The notes: generated by a model from the sequence alone, not told the origin. A DNA stretch of 64,000 nt from Eubacteriales bacterium (GCA_045635885.1 JAZTWO010000065.1:3306-67305); one strand, 5' to 3'. Positions 49,369 through 58,537 are shown, counted from the stretch's first letter. Made by a program: numbers and translations.

Positions 49369-49386
49369 ATATGAACAAGTTCATAT
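49369..49386. promoter_or_regulatory. palindromic candidate TetR operator
   Basis: atatgaac-aa-gttcatat (8-bp perfect arms). It starts 3 nt after the -10 box and so covers the expected transcription start. Confidence 0.6.
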
Positions 49387-49406
49387 AGATAAAGGAGTGA
49401 CTTTTT

Positions 49407-49940
49407 ATGCCTAAAATTATTGACAATGCGAGGGGGCTTTTGACCAATGAGGCAAAGAAACAAATTAATGAAAATGGATATGACAATGTAACTATTCGTA
49501 GTATTGCCAAGGGCTGCAAAATTGGACTTGGAACATTTTATAACTACTTCAAAACCAAAGATTTGGTTGTTGCAGCTTATCTTCTTGAAGATTGGCAGAG
49601 CAGAATTGATCGTGTGAATGAAAAAAGTGAAAATGCAAGTGACCCCATGGTTGCGGTTTGTGAGTTATGCAATGAGCTTAAAGAATTTGTTGTAACCAAT
49701 CAAGGTGTGTTTACATCTGAAAACGCTATGAGATCTTTTGCATCCCTTGTTGGAACACATTATCACAGAATGTTTAGATCTCAGATAGCAGAACCAATTA
49801 AAAAGATTTGCGAGGCAAACGGTTATGAAAACGCTGAATTTCTTTCGCTTTATGTGGCAGAATCCATTATCGTTTGGGTAAGCGTTGACAAATCCTATCA
49901 AGAATTAGAACCGATTATTAGCAAATTGTTTGCAAAATAA
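49407..49940 (+). CDS. TetR/AcrR-family transcriptional regulator
   Basis: HTH segment VTIRSIAKGCKIGLGTFYNYFKTKDLVV. 177 aa. Confidence 0.9.
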   Translation: MPKIIDNARGLLTNEAKKQINENGYDNVTIRSIAKGCKIGLGTFYNYFKTKDLVVAAYLLEDWQSRIDRVNEKSENASDPMVAVCELCNELKEFVVTNQGVFTSENAMRSFASLVGTHYHRMFRSQIAEPIKKICEANGYENAEFLSLYVAESIIVWVSVDKSYQELEPIISKLFAK

Positions 49941-49964
49941 TATAATCAGTAAAGGAGAAAATTT

Positions 49965-50825
49965 ATGAAAGTTGTACTTGCGGGCGCATTTGGAAATCTT
50001 GGCGCCGACATTCTTAAATGCCTTGTTGCAGACGGTCACGAAATCGTTGCGGCAGACTTGAAAGAAGGCAAAATTGAGGGAACAGAGGGTAAATATTCCT
50101 TTGTTAAAATTGACGCCACCAATCCCGAAACACTTAAGGGACTTTGCGAGGGCGCAGACGTTGTTATTACAACAATGGGTCTTACGGGTGCTTCTACACG
50201 CTTCACCTCTTATGACATTGACTATAAGGGCAATATGAACCTTTATGAAGAATGTGTGAGAGCAGGTGTTAAAAAATTTAACTATATTTCTGTTATTTCT
50301 TGCGACGAGCCCGGTGCTGAGGATGTGCCCATGCTCCACGCAAAATATCTTGTTGAAGAAGAAATTAAAAAACAGCCCATGGACTACGTTATTTACCGTC
50401 CCACAGGTTATTTCTATGACATTGCAAAGGTATTCAAGCCCTATGTTGACAAGGGTGAAATGCAGTTGCTTAAGGGCTATGGACACGTTAAGGCAAACGT
50501 TGTTGACTGCTCTGATTTTGCCCGCTTTATCGTTGACCATATGAACGATACAAACGTTACATATAACGTTGGCGGTAAGGAAACATATTCCTATGAAGAA
50601 ATGGCAGAAATGTGCTTTGATGCCGCAGAAAAGATTTTGAAGATTAAATGGGCTCCCAAGTGGCTTTTTGCGGTGCTTGCAAATCTTCCCAAAATCAAAA
50701 AAGCAGGTAAGCACGATATTATCCTTTTCTCAAAGTGGACTCTCTCTCACGATCTTGTTGGTGATACCGAAATCGGTGACAAGAGCTTTAAGGAATATGT
50801 TTACAACTATTTCGGTAGTAAGTAA
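49965..50825 (+). CDS. NAD(P)-binding NmrA/atypical-SDR-family oxidoreductase
   Basis: Rossmann N-terminus MKVVLAGAFGNLGADILKCL. 286 aa. Confidence 0.8.
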   Translation: MKVVLAGAFGNLGADILKCLVADGHEIVAADLKEGKIEGTEGKYSFVKIDATNPETLKGLCEGADVVITTMGLTGASTRFTSYDIDYKGNMNLYEECVRAGVKKFNYISVISCDEPGAEDVPMLHAKYLVEEEIKKQPMDYVIYRPTGYFYDIAKVFKPYVDKGEMQLLKGYGHVKANVVDCSDFARFIVDHMNDTNVTYNVGGKETYSYEEMAEMCFDAAEKILKIKWAPKWLFAVLANLPKIKKAGKHDIILFSKWTLSHDLVGDTEIGDKSFKEYVYNYFGSK

Positions 50826-51177
50826 TCATCAATAAATTGGGATTTATTGAATAGTTACAAAGATAAAAAAGGTCGCTTTTGAAAAAGCTCCGCAAAACTT
50901 TTAATCGTGTTATGGTAAACAAATTTCGCGCAACGCGCGTGACTCACTTCTTCGCGCTCGTCACACTCGTTTTTGTTGCACAGGTGCAACAAAAACCGCG
51001 CTTTGCTACTCTGCACATAGAGTTTTTGATAGCAAAATGGCTACGTTGGGCATTAGCAAATCATAGATTTTCGAACTGCCTGCCAACAGTGAGAAAATCG
51101 TTATGTATTGTTTGATTTCAATCAAACAATACGATTTGCGCGGATTTAATTTAGTCCCACGTTCAAAAAAGTTTTTG

Positions 51178-51207
51178 GTTCTTTTTTCAAAAAGAACAAT
51201 GTTTTTT
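51178..51207 (+). terminator. terminator-like hairpin at the end of the 445-bp non-coding island
   Basis: gttcttttt-tc-aaaaagaac, followed by aatgtttttt. Confidence 0.5.
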
Positions 51208-51270
51208 CTTTAACTAACTTCCTGATAAATCAAAATTTGAAATATCAAAAATATAAAAGGAGAAAAAGTT

Positions 51271-52080
51271 ATGTATTGGAATCTTCTTGGGATACTTTTT
51301 GCGGTATGCGCAATTGCGTGCTGTGTGGGATTTTATAAATTTGTATATTTTCTTTCAATTGGATACGGTTTTGCAGTAGCGGCGGGTGGTCTTGCGACAC
51401 TTGTTATGTATTTGGTTAATCCTTCTGCAACTCCGATTTGGATTGTGCTTGTTCAAGCCGTACTTTTTGTGGCATACGGTGCACGTCTTTCGGGCTTTCT
51501 TCTTATTCGTGAGCTTAAGAACGCAACGTTTAAGAAGACTGACGTAGCCAAGGAAACTCTTTCTAAGAGTGGTGAACAGAAGATGCCCATTTTTGTGCTT
51601 GTTACAATTTGGATTGTTGTTGCAATTCTTTACACTGCACAGGTTTCTCCTATGCTTTTCCGTTTCGCTAACGGAAGCGCAGACGTGATTGTTCCCATTG
51701 TGGGCTTTGCAATTTCAATTTTCGGCCTTATTCTTGAATCAGTTGCCGACAAGCAGAAATCTGCACAGAAAAAAGAAAATCCCAATGCGGTTGCAACAAA
51801 GGGGCTTTACAGAATTGTTCGTTGCCCCAACTATCTTGGTGAAATTACATTCTGGACAGGTGTGTTTGTAAGCGGTATTACTACATACAAAACAATTGGT
51901 CAGTGGATTCTTGCATCTCTTGCCTATATTTCTATTGTTTACATTATGTTCAACGGTGCGCAGCGACTTGAAAAACGTCAGATGGAAAGATATGGTGATG
52001 ACAAGGCATATAATGAATATGCGAACAAGACGCCCATTATCATTCCTCTTGTTCCCATTTATCATCTTAACAAGAAATAA
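51271..52080 (+). CDS. DUF1295 / steroid-5-alpha-reductase-like polytopic membrane protein
   Basis: GLYRIVRCPNYLGEITFWTG matches the family motif (RHPNYFGE type). About 7 TM helices. Confidence 0.8.
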   Translation: MYWNLLGILFAVCAIACCVGFYKFVYFLSIGYGFAVAAGGLATLVMYLVNPSATPIWIVLVQAVLFVAYGARLSGFLLIRELKNATFKKTDVAKETLSKSGEQKMPIFVLVTIWIVVAILYTAQVSPMLFRFANGSADVIVPIVGFAISIFGLILESVADKQKSAQKKENPNAVATKGLYRIVRCPNYLGEITFWTGVFVSGITTYKTIGQWILASLAYISIVYIMFNGAQRLEKRQMERYGDDKAYNEYANKTPIIIPLVPIYHLNKK

Positions 52081-52150
52081 AAGGAGAATTCACAAACAAT
52101 TTTGTTTCTTGCAAGTATTGATAAAATACTAATTAGAGAAGGAAAGTAAA

Positions 52151-52807
52151 ATGATAACTAAGATATTAAACTTAATAAAAAGCAAACACCCATTTACTTT
52201 AAAGGATATTGGCGAATTTGAAACCTTTAAGGTTAAGGGAATGACATTCACTTGTGCGGCATACGAAGCGCAGGGGCTTGGTCATGTGTCTGTAATGCAA
52301 GCAAAGGGCTTTTTCGGGCTTATGAAGATGGACACGATAGTTATCGCTCCCATCGACAAGGATTTGCCTTTGTTTTCTTACGATAGAATTTATGCAATGG
52401 GGAACGACACTCTCTTTATTGAATTTTATGATACAATGAGTGAAAACAAGCTGGACATTTCGCCCCTTACTGCAATTAGCAAAAAATATGCTTATCTTCC
52501 CGATAGATTTGAAAAGGGTAAAGAGCCAAAGCATTGGTATGATGATATTCGCTTATCCGAAACTGCCAACAAAAAGGGCAAAAAGAAGAATAGCAAAGAT
52601 TTTGATGCCTATACTTTAGAAAGCTTTTCTGCATATTTAGAGCTTGATGCTGAAATTTGCGACAAAGAAGAGAAGCTTGCTCGCACAAGGGTATATTCAA
52701 ATGGACTTATCACAAACGGTGGTCCTGCGGTTGACGTTTTTAAGTCTGAAATGGGCGAGGAAATGGCGGCAAAGGTTATTCACACCGTGCTTTTTGGAAC
52801 TAATTAA
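52151..52807 (+). CDS. hypothetical protein with motif-level resemblance to ferredoxin-dependent bilin reductases (tentative)
   Basis: 218 aa, soluble. The central block GHVSVMQAKGFFGLMKMDTIVIAPIDKDLPLFSYDRIYA and the C-terminal MGEEMAAKVIHTVLFG parallel PcyA blocks I recall ([37 protein letters not shown] and FGEAWAERYMSQVLFD). No search was run. Confidence 0.35.
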   Translation: MITKILNLIKSKHPFTLKDIGEFETFKVKGMTFTCAAYEAQGLGHVSVMQAKGFFGLMKMDTIVIAPIDKDLPLFSYDRIYAMGNDTLFIEFYDTMSENKLDISPLTAISKKYAYLPDRFEKGKEPKHWYDDIRLSETANKKGKKKNSKDFDAYTLESFSAYLELDAEICDKEEKLARTRVYSNGLITNGGPAVDVFKSEMGEEMAAKVIHTVLFGTN

Positions 52808-52810
52808 CAC

Positions 52811-52844
52811 AAAAAGGAAGACTTTTTACAAAGTCTTCCTTTTA
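52811..52844. terminator. bidirectional terminator
   Basis: aaaggaagactt-tttaca-aagtcttccttt. Confidence 0.85.
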
Positions 52845-52847
52845 ATT

Positions 52848-54581
52848 TTACCAAATTTCGATTTCGCCGTGTTCGTTATAGTGCCAAGAGTGACCCAGTG
52901 GGTCGGGCTTATCACTATAGTGATAGATGATTGCAAAATCGATTTCGGGGTTATCCCTGATAAGAATTCTTGGGATATTGTCAATTGTGTGTTCAAAGAA
53001 TATGCTTTCAAGTGAGTTGCAATTTTCAAATGCGCCTGCACTTATACTTGAAACGTTTTTGCCCATTACAATCTTTTTGAGTGAAGAGCAATTAAGAAAA
53101 GCACTTTTACCAATTGAGGTTATCTCTTCTCCAAGAATGATTTCTTCAAGCGAGGAACAATTTGCAAAAACGAGGGTTTCGATTGCCCTAAGTTTGTTGC
53201 CGATTTTTACTTTTTTAAGATCTTTACAACCATTAAATGCTTCACTTGATATGCTTGCAACACTGTCGGGAATATTGATTTCCTTTAATGAGGAGCAACC
53301 TGAAAATGCCATTTTTTCGATAATGCCAAGTGAATTTGGCAGTTTGATTGATTCAACTTGAGTGCAATTGCTAAATGCGTTTGCGCCTATGGTTGTAACT
53401 CCCTCGTTAATATACACGCTTTTAATATTTTCACAGTTAGAGAAAGCTGCGTTGTGAATGTATTGAACGTTTTCGGGAATTACCAAATCCCTTATAAGCT
53501 CTCCCTCAAATGCCAAACAGTTATTATATGGCTCGGGGTTTATCTTTGTGCTTTTAAAGTCGATTACGCACCAGCGTTTTATTTCAACAATTTCGATGGA
53601 TTTGAGGTTTGTGCATCCCGTAAACACTTCAGAGCCAAAGGTTCTTACGCTTTTGGGGATTGTAATATGCTCAAGACTTGTACAATGCTTGAAAGCGCCG
53701 GAGGTTATCTCACGAAGTCCAAAATTGAGTTCCACCTTGGTAAGAGATGAGCATCCCTCAAATGCCTCTGCGCCGATACTTGTTACGGTTTCGGGAATGT
53801 ATATTTCCTTAAGCGAGGTGCATTCGTTAAACGAAAGCATACCTATGGTCTTTAATTTTTCGCCTAAAGTAATGGATTTAAGGCGTTTACAACCTGTAAA
53901 TGCCTCAGCACCGATGCTTTCAACGGTGTTGGGTAATGTCATTTCGGTGATGTGTTTGCAATTAGCAAATGCTCGTGCGCCAATGTTTACAAGATTTTGA
54001 CCAAGCTTGATATTTTTGAGCGAGGTGCATCCTGAAAATGCTTCATAGCAAATCATTACCACTGAATCTGAAAGTGTTAATTTTTTAATAGAAGAACAGT
54101 TCATAAATGCGCCAGATCCGATTGACTCTACACAACTTGGAACGTTAACCTTTTCAAGTGACGAGCAATCTTCAAAGCAACGGTCTGCCAAAATTTTTAA
54201 CTTGCGTGGGAAATTGATTTCCTTAAGCGAGGTGCAACCTGCAAATGCTTTTAATCCGATTTGTGTTATATTTTCACTAAGCTCAACGGTTTCAAGAGAA
54301 GTGCAACCAATGAATGCATAGTCACTGATGGATGTCATATTATTGCTGATAATGACCTTTTTAAGTGTTTTAGCATCTTCAAAAGCTCCACGGGAGATAC
54401 TTTCTACGTTTCCGGGAATGCTAATAATTTCTCTGTTACCGTGATATTTAACAAGTGTGTTATTTCTAATTTCATATGCTGTGGAATCATTTTCATCAAT
54501 GACCTTGTATCCGCAATATACGCAGACGGGTGCAAGGTTTGATATTCTGTTTCCACATTCGGGGCAGTGAATAAGTGCCAT
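52848..54581 (-). CDS. leucine-rich-repeat protein (BspA/LRR_5 type) with an N-terminal zinc ribbon
   Basis: MALIHCPECGNRISNLAPVCVYCGY, then about 20 repeats of ~23 aa (hxhPxSVxSIGxxAFxxCxSLKxh). No signal peptide or TM helix is visible. Confidence 0.85.
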   Translation of the reverse strand: MALIHCPECGNRISNLAPVCVYCGYKVIDENDSTAYEIRNNTLVKYHGNREIISIPGNVESISRGAFEDAKTLKKVIISNNMTSISDYAFIGCTSLETVELSENITQIGLKAFAGCTSLKEINFPRKLKILADRCFEDCSSLEKVNVPSCVESIGSGAFMNCSSIKKLTLSDSVVMICYEAFSGCTSLKNIKLGQNLVNIGARAFANCKHITEMTLPNTVESIGAEAFTGCKRLKSITLGEKLKTIGMLSFNECTSLKEIYIPETVTSIGAEAFEGCSSLTKVELNFGLREITSGAFKHCTSLEHITIPKSVRTFGSEVFTGCTNLKSIEIVEIKRWCVIDFKSTKINPEPYNNCLAFEGELIRDLVIPENVQYIHNAAFSNCENIKSVYINEGVTTIGANAFSNCTQVESIKLPNSLGIIEKMAFSGCSSLKEINIPDSVASISSEAFNGCKDLKKVKIGNKLRAIETLVFANCSSLEEIILGEEITSIGKSAFLNCSSLKKIVMGKNVSSISAGAFENCNSLESIFFEHTIDNIPRILIRDNPEIDFAIIYHYSDKPDPLGHSWHYNEHGEIEIW

Positions 54582-54607
54582 TAATTTACCTCATAAAAAT
54601 AATTTGA

Positions 54608-55546
54608 TCAAGCGTACATTATAAGTGTGACTATCATAAATAAAACGTAGCATGCAATTGCAGGAATTGAGAGCATCAATTCCACCAAGTGCCAAAAAGT
54701 ACGCTCAATTGAAGTTGATTTAACAAAATTTTCTTCAAACTTTGTATGTGAATATTTACGATAAAGACGTGAAAGGTGGGAGAAAAGGAAAATTCCTATA
54801 ATAAGGGTAATAATTGTTGTGATGAATATAAATAAATCTGTGTTTGCGCTAATGTTTTTAAGCGAGATGAAGGTCGGCTCAAAAAAAGTGGCAAAAAGAT
54901 TATATGCTATGTGCATAGTAATTGTTATCGCCAATGATTCTGTTGCATAGATAACAATGCAAAGCATTATTCCAAGGAAAAACCTTGGCAAAAGCTCAAA
55001 AAAGCTAAATCCAAGCAACGAGAAGAAAATTGACGAGCAGAGGACTGCGCAAAGAAATCCACGACGGTAGAATTCTTTTAAAAGGACTCCTCTGAAAATA
55101 AGCCCCTCGAATATTGGGGGGATTAAGCAAAATGCAAGAGCGAGATATATATCGTTAAAAACACTTCCGTTTCGGTTGGCAAAAAATGCGCTGTAAAGCG
55201 GAAATTCAACGTATTTACCTTTGATTAGTAAAATTTTAATTAACATACTTCCAAGCAAAATTAAGCCCGTTGAAAGCAAAATGATTGGAATATGATACCT
55301 TTTGGGTGTTTCAAGGTGTTGGGCAGGAAGGTATTTTTTGCCCCCACGGAATGCCCTAAATATGAAATAGGGAACAAGAAAAGCAAGGGCAATCATTGGC
55401 AACATCCAAGTGTTGCTTGAAAACAAAAGCGTTGTGTTTATTAAATTAAAAATTGAGAGCATTAGCATTATTGCAAACACCAAAAGCAATGCTCCAATTG
55501 GGGCATTGAGCATTTCGGCAAAGAAATCTTTAATTCTTTTTAGCAA
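54608..55546 (-). CDS. CPBP-family intramembrane glutamic endopeptidase (CAAX-protease/Abi-like)
   Basis: IFEGLIFRGVLL (a variant of motif 1) and ITMHIAYNL (HxxxN motif). About 8 TM helices. Confidence 0.75.
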   Translation of the reverse strand: MLKRIKDFFAEMLNAPIGALLLVFAIMLMLSIFNLINTTLLFSSNTWMLPMIALAFLVPYFIFRAFRGGKKYLPAQHLETPKRYHIPIILLSTGLILLGSMLIKILLIKGKYVEFPLYSAFFANRNGSVFNDIYLALAFCLIPPIFEGLIFRGVLLKEFYRRGFLCAVLCSSIFFSLLGFSFFELLPRFFLGIMLCIVIYATESLAITITMHIAYNLFATFFEPTFISLKNISANTDLFIFITTIITLIIGIFLFSHLSRLYRKYSHTKFEENFVKSTSIERTFWHLVELMLSIPAIACYVLFMIVTLIMYA

Positions 55547-56108
55547 AATACATTACCTCGCTTTCAGTTACTATCATATTAAGTGGAATATCGTGTTCTT
55601 TGTGTGGAAGGGTGTCAAGCACTAGGGCAGAATATGAAAATCCTGTGCTAACACCTTCAAAATTGCTTAAAAATCTATCGTAAAATCCCTTTCCATAGCC
55701 GAGTCGGTGACCACTTTTTGAAAATGCGATTGCGGGGACAAGGCAAAGGGTATTTTTGTTTGGATTTGCAATCTTGCAGGATGAATTTGGCTCTAAAATA
55801 CCAAAGCAAGAGGGAGAAAGCTCGTCCAATGACAATATTTTTCTAAACTCCAGGGTGGAAGTTTCATTTTGACACACGGGGAATGCAATTTCCTTGCCCG
55901 TTTTCAAGCAAAGCTCAAAAAGGGGCAGGGGAGAAATTTCATTTTTTACGGGATAATAGAGCAAAACTGTGTCGGCATTTACAAATGCCTCACTTTTTGC
56001 AAGATTTTGGCAAGCGAGTTCACTTGCCTCTTTTACAAATTCTTCGCCAAAAGTATTGCGCACAAGACGGTATTTTTGGCGAAGTTCATTTTTGTTTTGG
56101 ATATTCAT
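55530..56108 (-). CDS. 5-formyltetrahydrofolate cyclo-ligase
   Basis: KNELRQKYRLVRNTF N-terminus; LLYYPVKNEISP; GHRLGYGKGFYDRFL signature. Confidence 0.9.
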   Translation of the reverse strand: MNIQNKNELRQKYRLVRNTFGEEFVKEASELACQNLAKSEAFVNADTVLLYYPVKNEISPLPLFELCLKTGKEIAFPVCQNETSTLEFRKILSLDELSPSCFGILEPNSSCKIANPNKNTLCLVPAIAFSKSGHRLGYGKGFYDRFLSNFEGVSTGFSYSALVLDTLPHKEHDIPLNMIVTESEVMYFAKKN

Positions 56109-56650
56109 TATTTGATTATTGCAGAGAGGGCAATTTCGTCTGCCTTTTCTTTTGATACAAGTGCCTCAACAATGCAAAGCGCAAATTCTGCGGCACAACC
56201 CATGCCTTTGGACGTGATTATGTTTCCGTCACGAACAACCCTTTCATTTGTGAAAATTGCATCATCAAGATATTCTTCAAAGCCGGGGTAACAGGTTGCC
56301 TTTTTGCCCTTTAAAAATCCCGAAATGCCAAGGATTGAGGGGGCTGCGCAAATTGCGCAAACAAGGGAATCGTTCATAATTGCTCGACCGAGCGCCTCTA
56401 TTACCTTAACGCTTTCTTCAAGATTTACCGTGCCGGGCATTCCACCGGGAAGAATAATTGCTTGTGCAACCTCGTCTGAAAGCTCGTTTTCAGTTATATC
56501 TGCCACAACCTCTATTCCGTGTGAGCCCTTAACGGTTTTGCTTTCGCCAACAGCCACGGTGGTTACTTCAAGACCTGCACGTCTTAATATGTCAACGGGG
56601 GTGAGCGCTTCGATTTCTTCAAAACCCTCTGCTAAGAATACGTATATCAT
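56108..56650 (-). CDS. DJ-1/PfpI (ThiJ) family protein
   Basis: MIYVFLAEGFEEIEAL and the nucleophile elbow AICAAPSILG. I moved the start to ATG 56650. Confidence 0.9.
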   Translation of the reverse strand: MIYVFLAEGFEEIEALTPVDILRRAGLEVTTVAVGESKTVKGSHGIEVVADITENELSDEVAQAIILPGGMPGTVNLEESVKVIEALGRAIMNDSLVCAICAAPSILGISGFLKGKKATCYPGFEEYLDDAIFTNERVVRDGNIITSKGMGCAAEFALCIVEALVSKEKADEIALSAIIK

Positions 56651-56701
56651 ATTTTTTCTCCTTTTAAAGTTGAAAGGGGGCAAAGTTGTTTTTAACCAAC
56701 T

Positions 56702-58003
56702 TTATTTTGTGAAATAGTTACCAAGTTCAGAGATTGCAACGTCAACTTCTTCACGAGTGATGAGGTTTTTAACCTTAACAACGCCGTTTTCGAACTCAGT
56801 GCCGCCCATAATTACGATATGGGTATAATTTTCTTTGAAGGCATAATCAATCTGCTTGCCGAATTTCTTTGTTCCAAGATAGAGGGCGCAGGTTGTTCCT
56901 GCATCACGAATGGAAGACGTGAGATTGATGTATTCCCTATAGGGAACGTCATTGAATCTTGCCACAAGCACCTTTGTTTCGCCCTGTGAAAAATCGGGAA
57001 CAAGGTTATGTGTTACAAGGAAGTTTTCAAGAGTTACGTCGCCCATGCCGTAGCCAACGCCACTAACCTTTGCGTTCTTTACAAAAAGTCCAACGAGGTT
57101 ATCGTATCTTCCACCACCGTACATAGCACGGTTGTTTTCGGGAGCTTCGTCGAACACCTCGAATACAGTTCCTGTATAGTAGTCAAGACCACGGATGATG
57201 CCGAAGTCGAATACGCAATATTTATCAAGTCCTGTTTCCTTAAGTAAAGAGAAAAGGTCTGCAAGCTCTTTTGCACCAACGGAGTCGGGGCAGAGGGCGG
57301 TTGCTTCTTCAACACTCATTGTGTAAAGAGCATCAATTTTAGCGATTTGCTCGTCAGAAAGACCGAGCTCACGCATTTCTTTTTCATAAACTTCACGAGG
57401 AATTTTATTCTTTTTATCAACGATTTTAGAAACCTTTTTAGCGCCGTCTGCATCTGCGCCACTGATAGCACAAATAACGTCGTTAAAGAAGCGACGATTG
57501 TTGATGTGAACCTTGAACATTGTTTCGTCCGCACCAAAAACACGCAAGATATTAATTGCGCTTTCGATTACGTCCATATCCGCTTCGAATCCGTCGCAAC
57601 CAAATATGTCAACGTTGAGCTGCCAGAATTCACGAAGGCGACCTCTTTGTGGTGCTTCGCAACGGTACATATTGGGAATTGCAAACCACTTAAGAGGCAT
57701 ATTCAAATCGTACATTTTAGCGGCAACCATACGGGCAACGCTGGGAGTCATTTCAGGTCTGATTGCCAAGTGGCGATCGCCCCTGTCCATAAAGTTATAT
57801 GTTTGTGTGCTTGCAAGCTCCTCGCCACTTTTTGCAGCATAAATCTCAAAGGATTCAAGCATTGGTGCGTTATATTCTTCATAAGCGGATTTTTCAAGCA
57901 CCTCACGGATTTTGCCAAAGAACCAGTTGCGGAATCTCATCTGTGCGGGATAGAAGTCACGAGTGCCTTTATATGGCTGTGTGGATAATAAATTATTGCT
58001 CAC
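56702..58003 (-). CDS. hisS: histidine--tRNA ligase
   Basis: KGTRDFYP, LAIRPEMTPSVARM and GGGRYDNL class-II motifs. I chose GTG 58003 as the start, 7 nt after AAGAGGA. Confidence 0.93.
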   Translation of the reverse strand: MSNNLLSTQPYKGTRDFYPAQMRFRNWFFGKIREVLEKSAYEEYNAPMLESFEIYAAKSGEELASTQTYNFMDRGDRHLAIRPEMTPSVARMVAAKMYDLNMPLKWFAIPNMYRCEAPQRGRLREFWQLNVDIFGCDGFEADMDVIESAINILRVFGADETMFKVHINNRRFFNDVICAISGADADGAKKVSKIVDKKNKIPREVYEKEMRELGLSDEQIAKIDALYTMSVEEATALCPDSVGAKELADLFSLLKETGLDKYCVFDFGIIRGLDYYTGTVFEVFDEAPENNRAMYGGGRYDNLVGLFVKNAKVSGVGYGMGDVTLENFLVTHNLVPDFSQGETKVLVARFNDVPYREYINLTSSIRDAGTTCALYLGTKKFGKQIDYAFKENYTHIVIMGGTEFENGVVKVKNLITREEVDVAISELGNYFTK

Positions 58004-58143
58004 AATATTGTCCTCTTTTCTGAAAAGATGTTTTATATAGATATTCATATTAGTATAACATATTTTTTTATATTTGTCTATGGGGTTGTAAAAATTTATT
58101 TTTGTGATATAATAAAATTAATATATATATAGGAGTTATAAAC

Positions 58144-58500
58144 ATGCTTAAATTTATTTGCTATCCCAAATGCACTACTTGTCAGAAGGCGAAGAGATGG
58201 CTTGATGACAGAAATATTGAATATGAGCTTAGAGATATTAAGCTTGATAATCCTACACTTGAGGAATTGAAGGAGTGGCACGAAAAAAGCGGATTGCCAC
58301 TTAAAAAGTTCTTCAACACAAGCGGATTGCTTTATAAGTCGATGGAACTTAAAAGCAAGTTACCTTTGATGAGCGATGAAGAGATGTTGAATTTGCTTGC
58401 AACGGACGGTATGCTTGTCAAAAGGCCTTTGCTTGTGGGTGAAAATTTCGTGCTTGTTGGTTTTAAAGAAGCCGAGTGGGAAGAAAAAGCAGGGAAATAA
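58144..58500 (+). CDS. ArsC/Spx-family (YffB-like) thioredoxin-fold protein
   Basis: MLKFICYPKCTTCQKAKRWLDDRNIEYELRDI ... VKRPLLV. Confidence 0.85.
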   Translation: MLKFICYPKCTTCQKAKRWLDDRNIEYELRDIKLDNPTLEELKEWHEKSGLPLKKFFNTSGLLYKSMELKSKLPLMSDEEMLNLLATDGMLVKRPLLVGENFVLVGFKEAEWEEKAGK

Positions 58501-58503
58501 CAA

Positions 58504-58537
58504 AAAGCACAATCATCAAAAAAGATGATTGTGCTTT
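58504..58537. terminator. bidirectional terminator
   Basis: aaagcacaatcatc-aaaaaa-gatgattgtgcttt. Confidence 0.9.

Noticed and set aside
50879-51115. 78-aa ORF (MKKLRKTFNRV...) in the 445-bp island.
   Set aside because: It has a TTG start with no SD and reads through two long perfect palindromes. Its basic, hydrophobic composition looks non-genic.
58004-58143. Expected a T-box leader upstream of hisS, as in many Bacillota.
   Set aside because: Only 140 nt of AT-rich divergent promoter sequence is present. No T-box sequence or terminator is visible.
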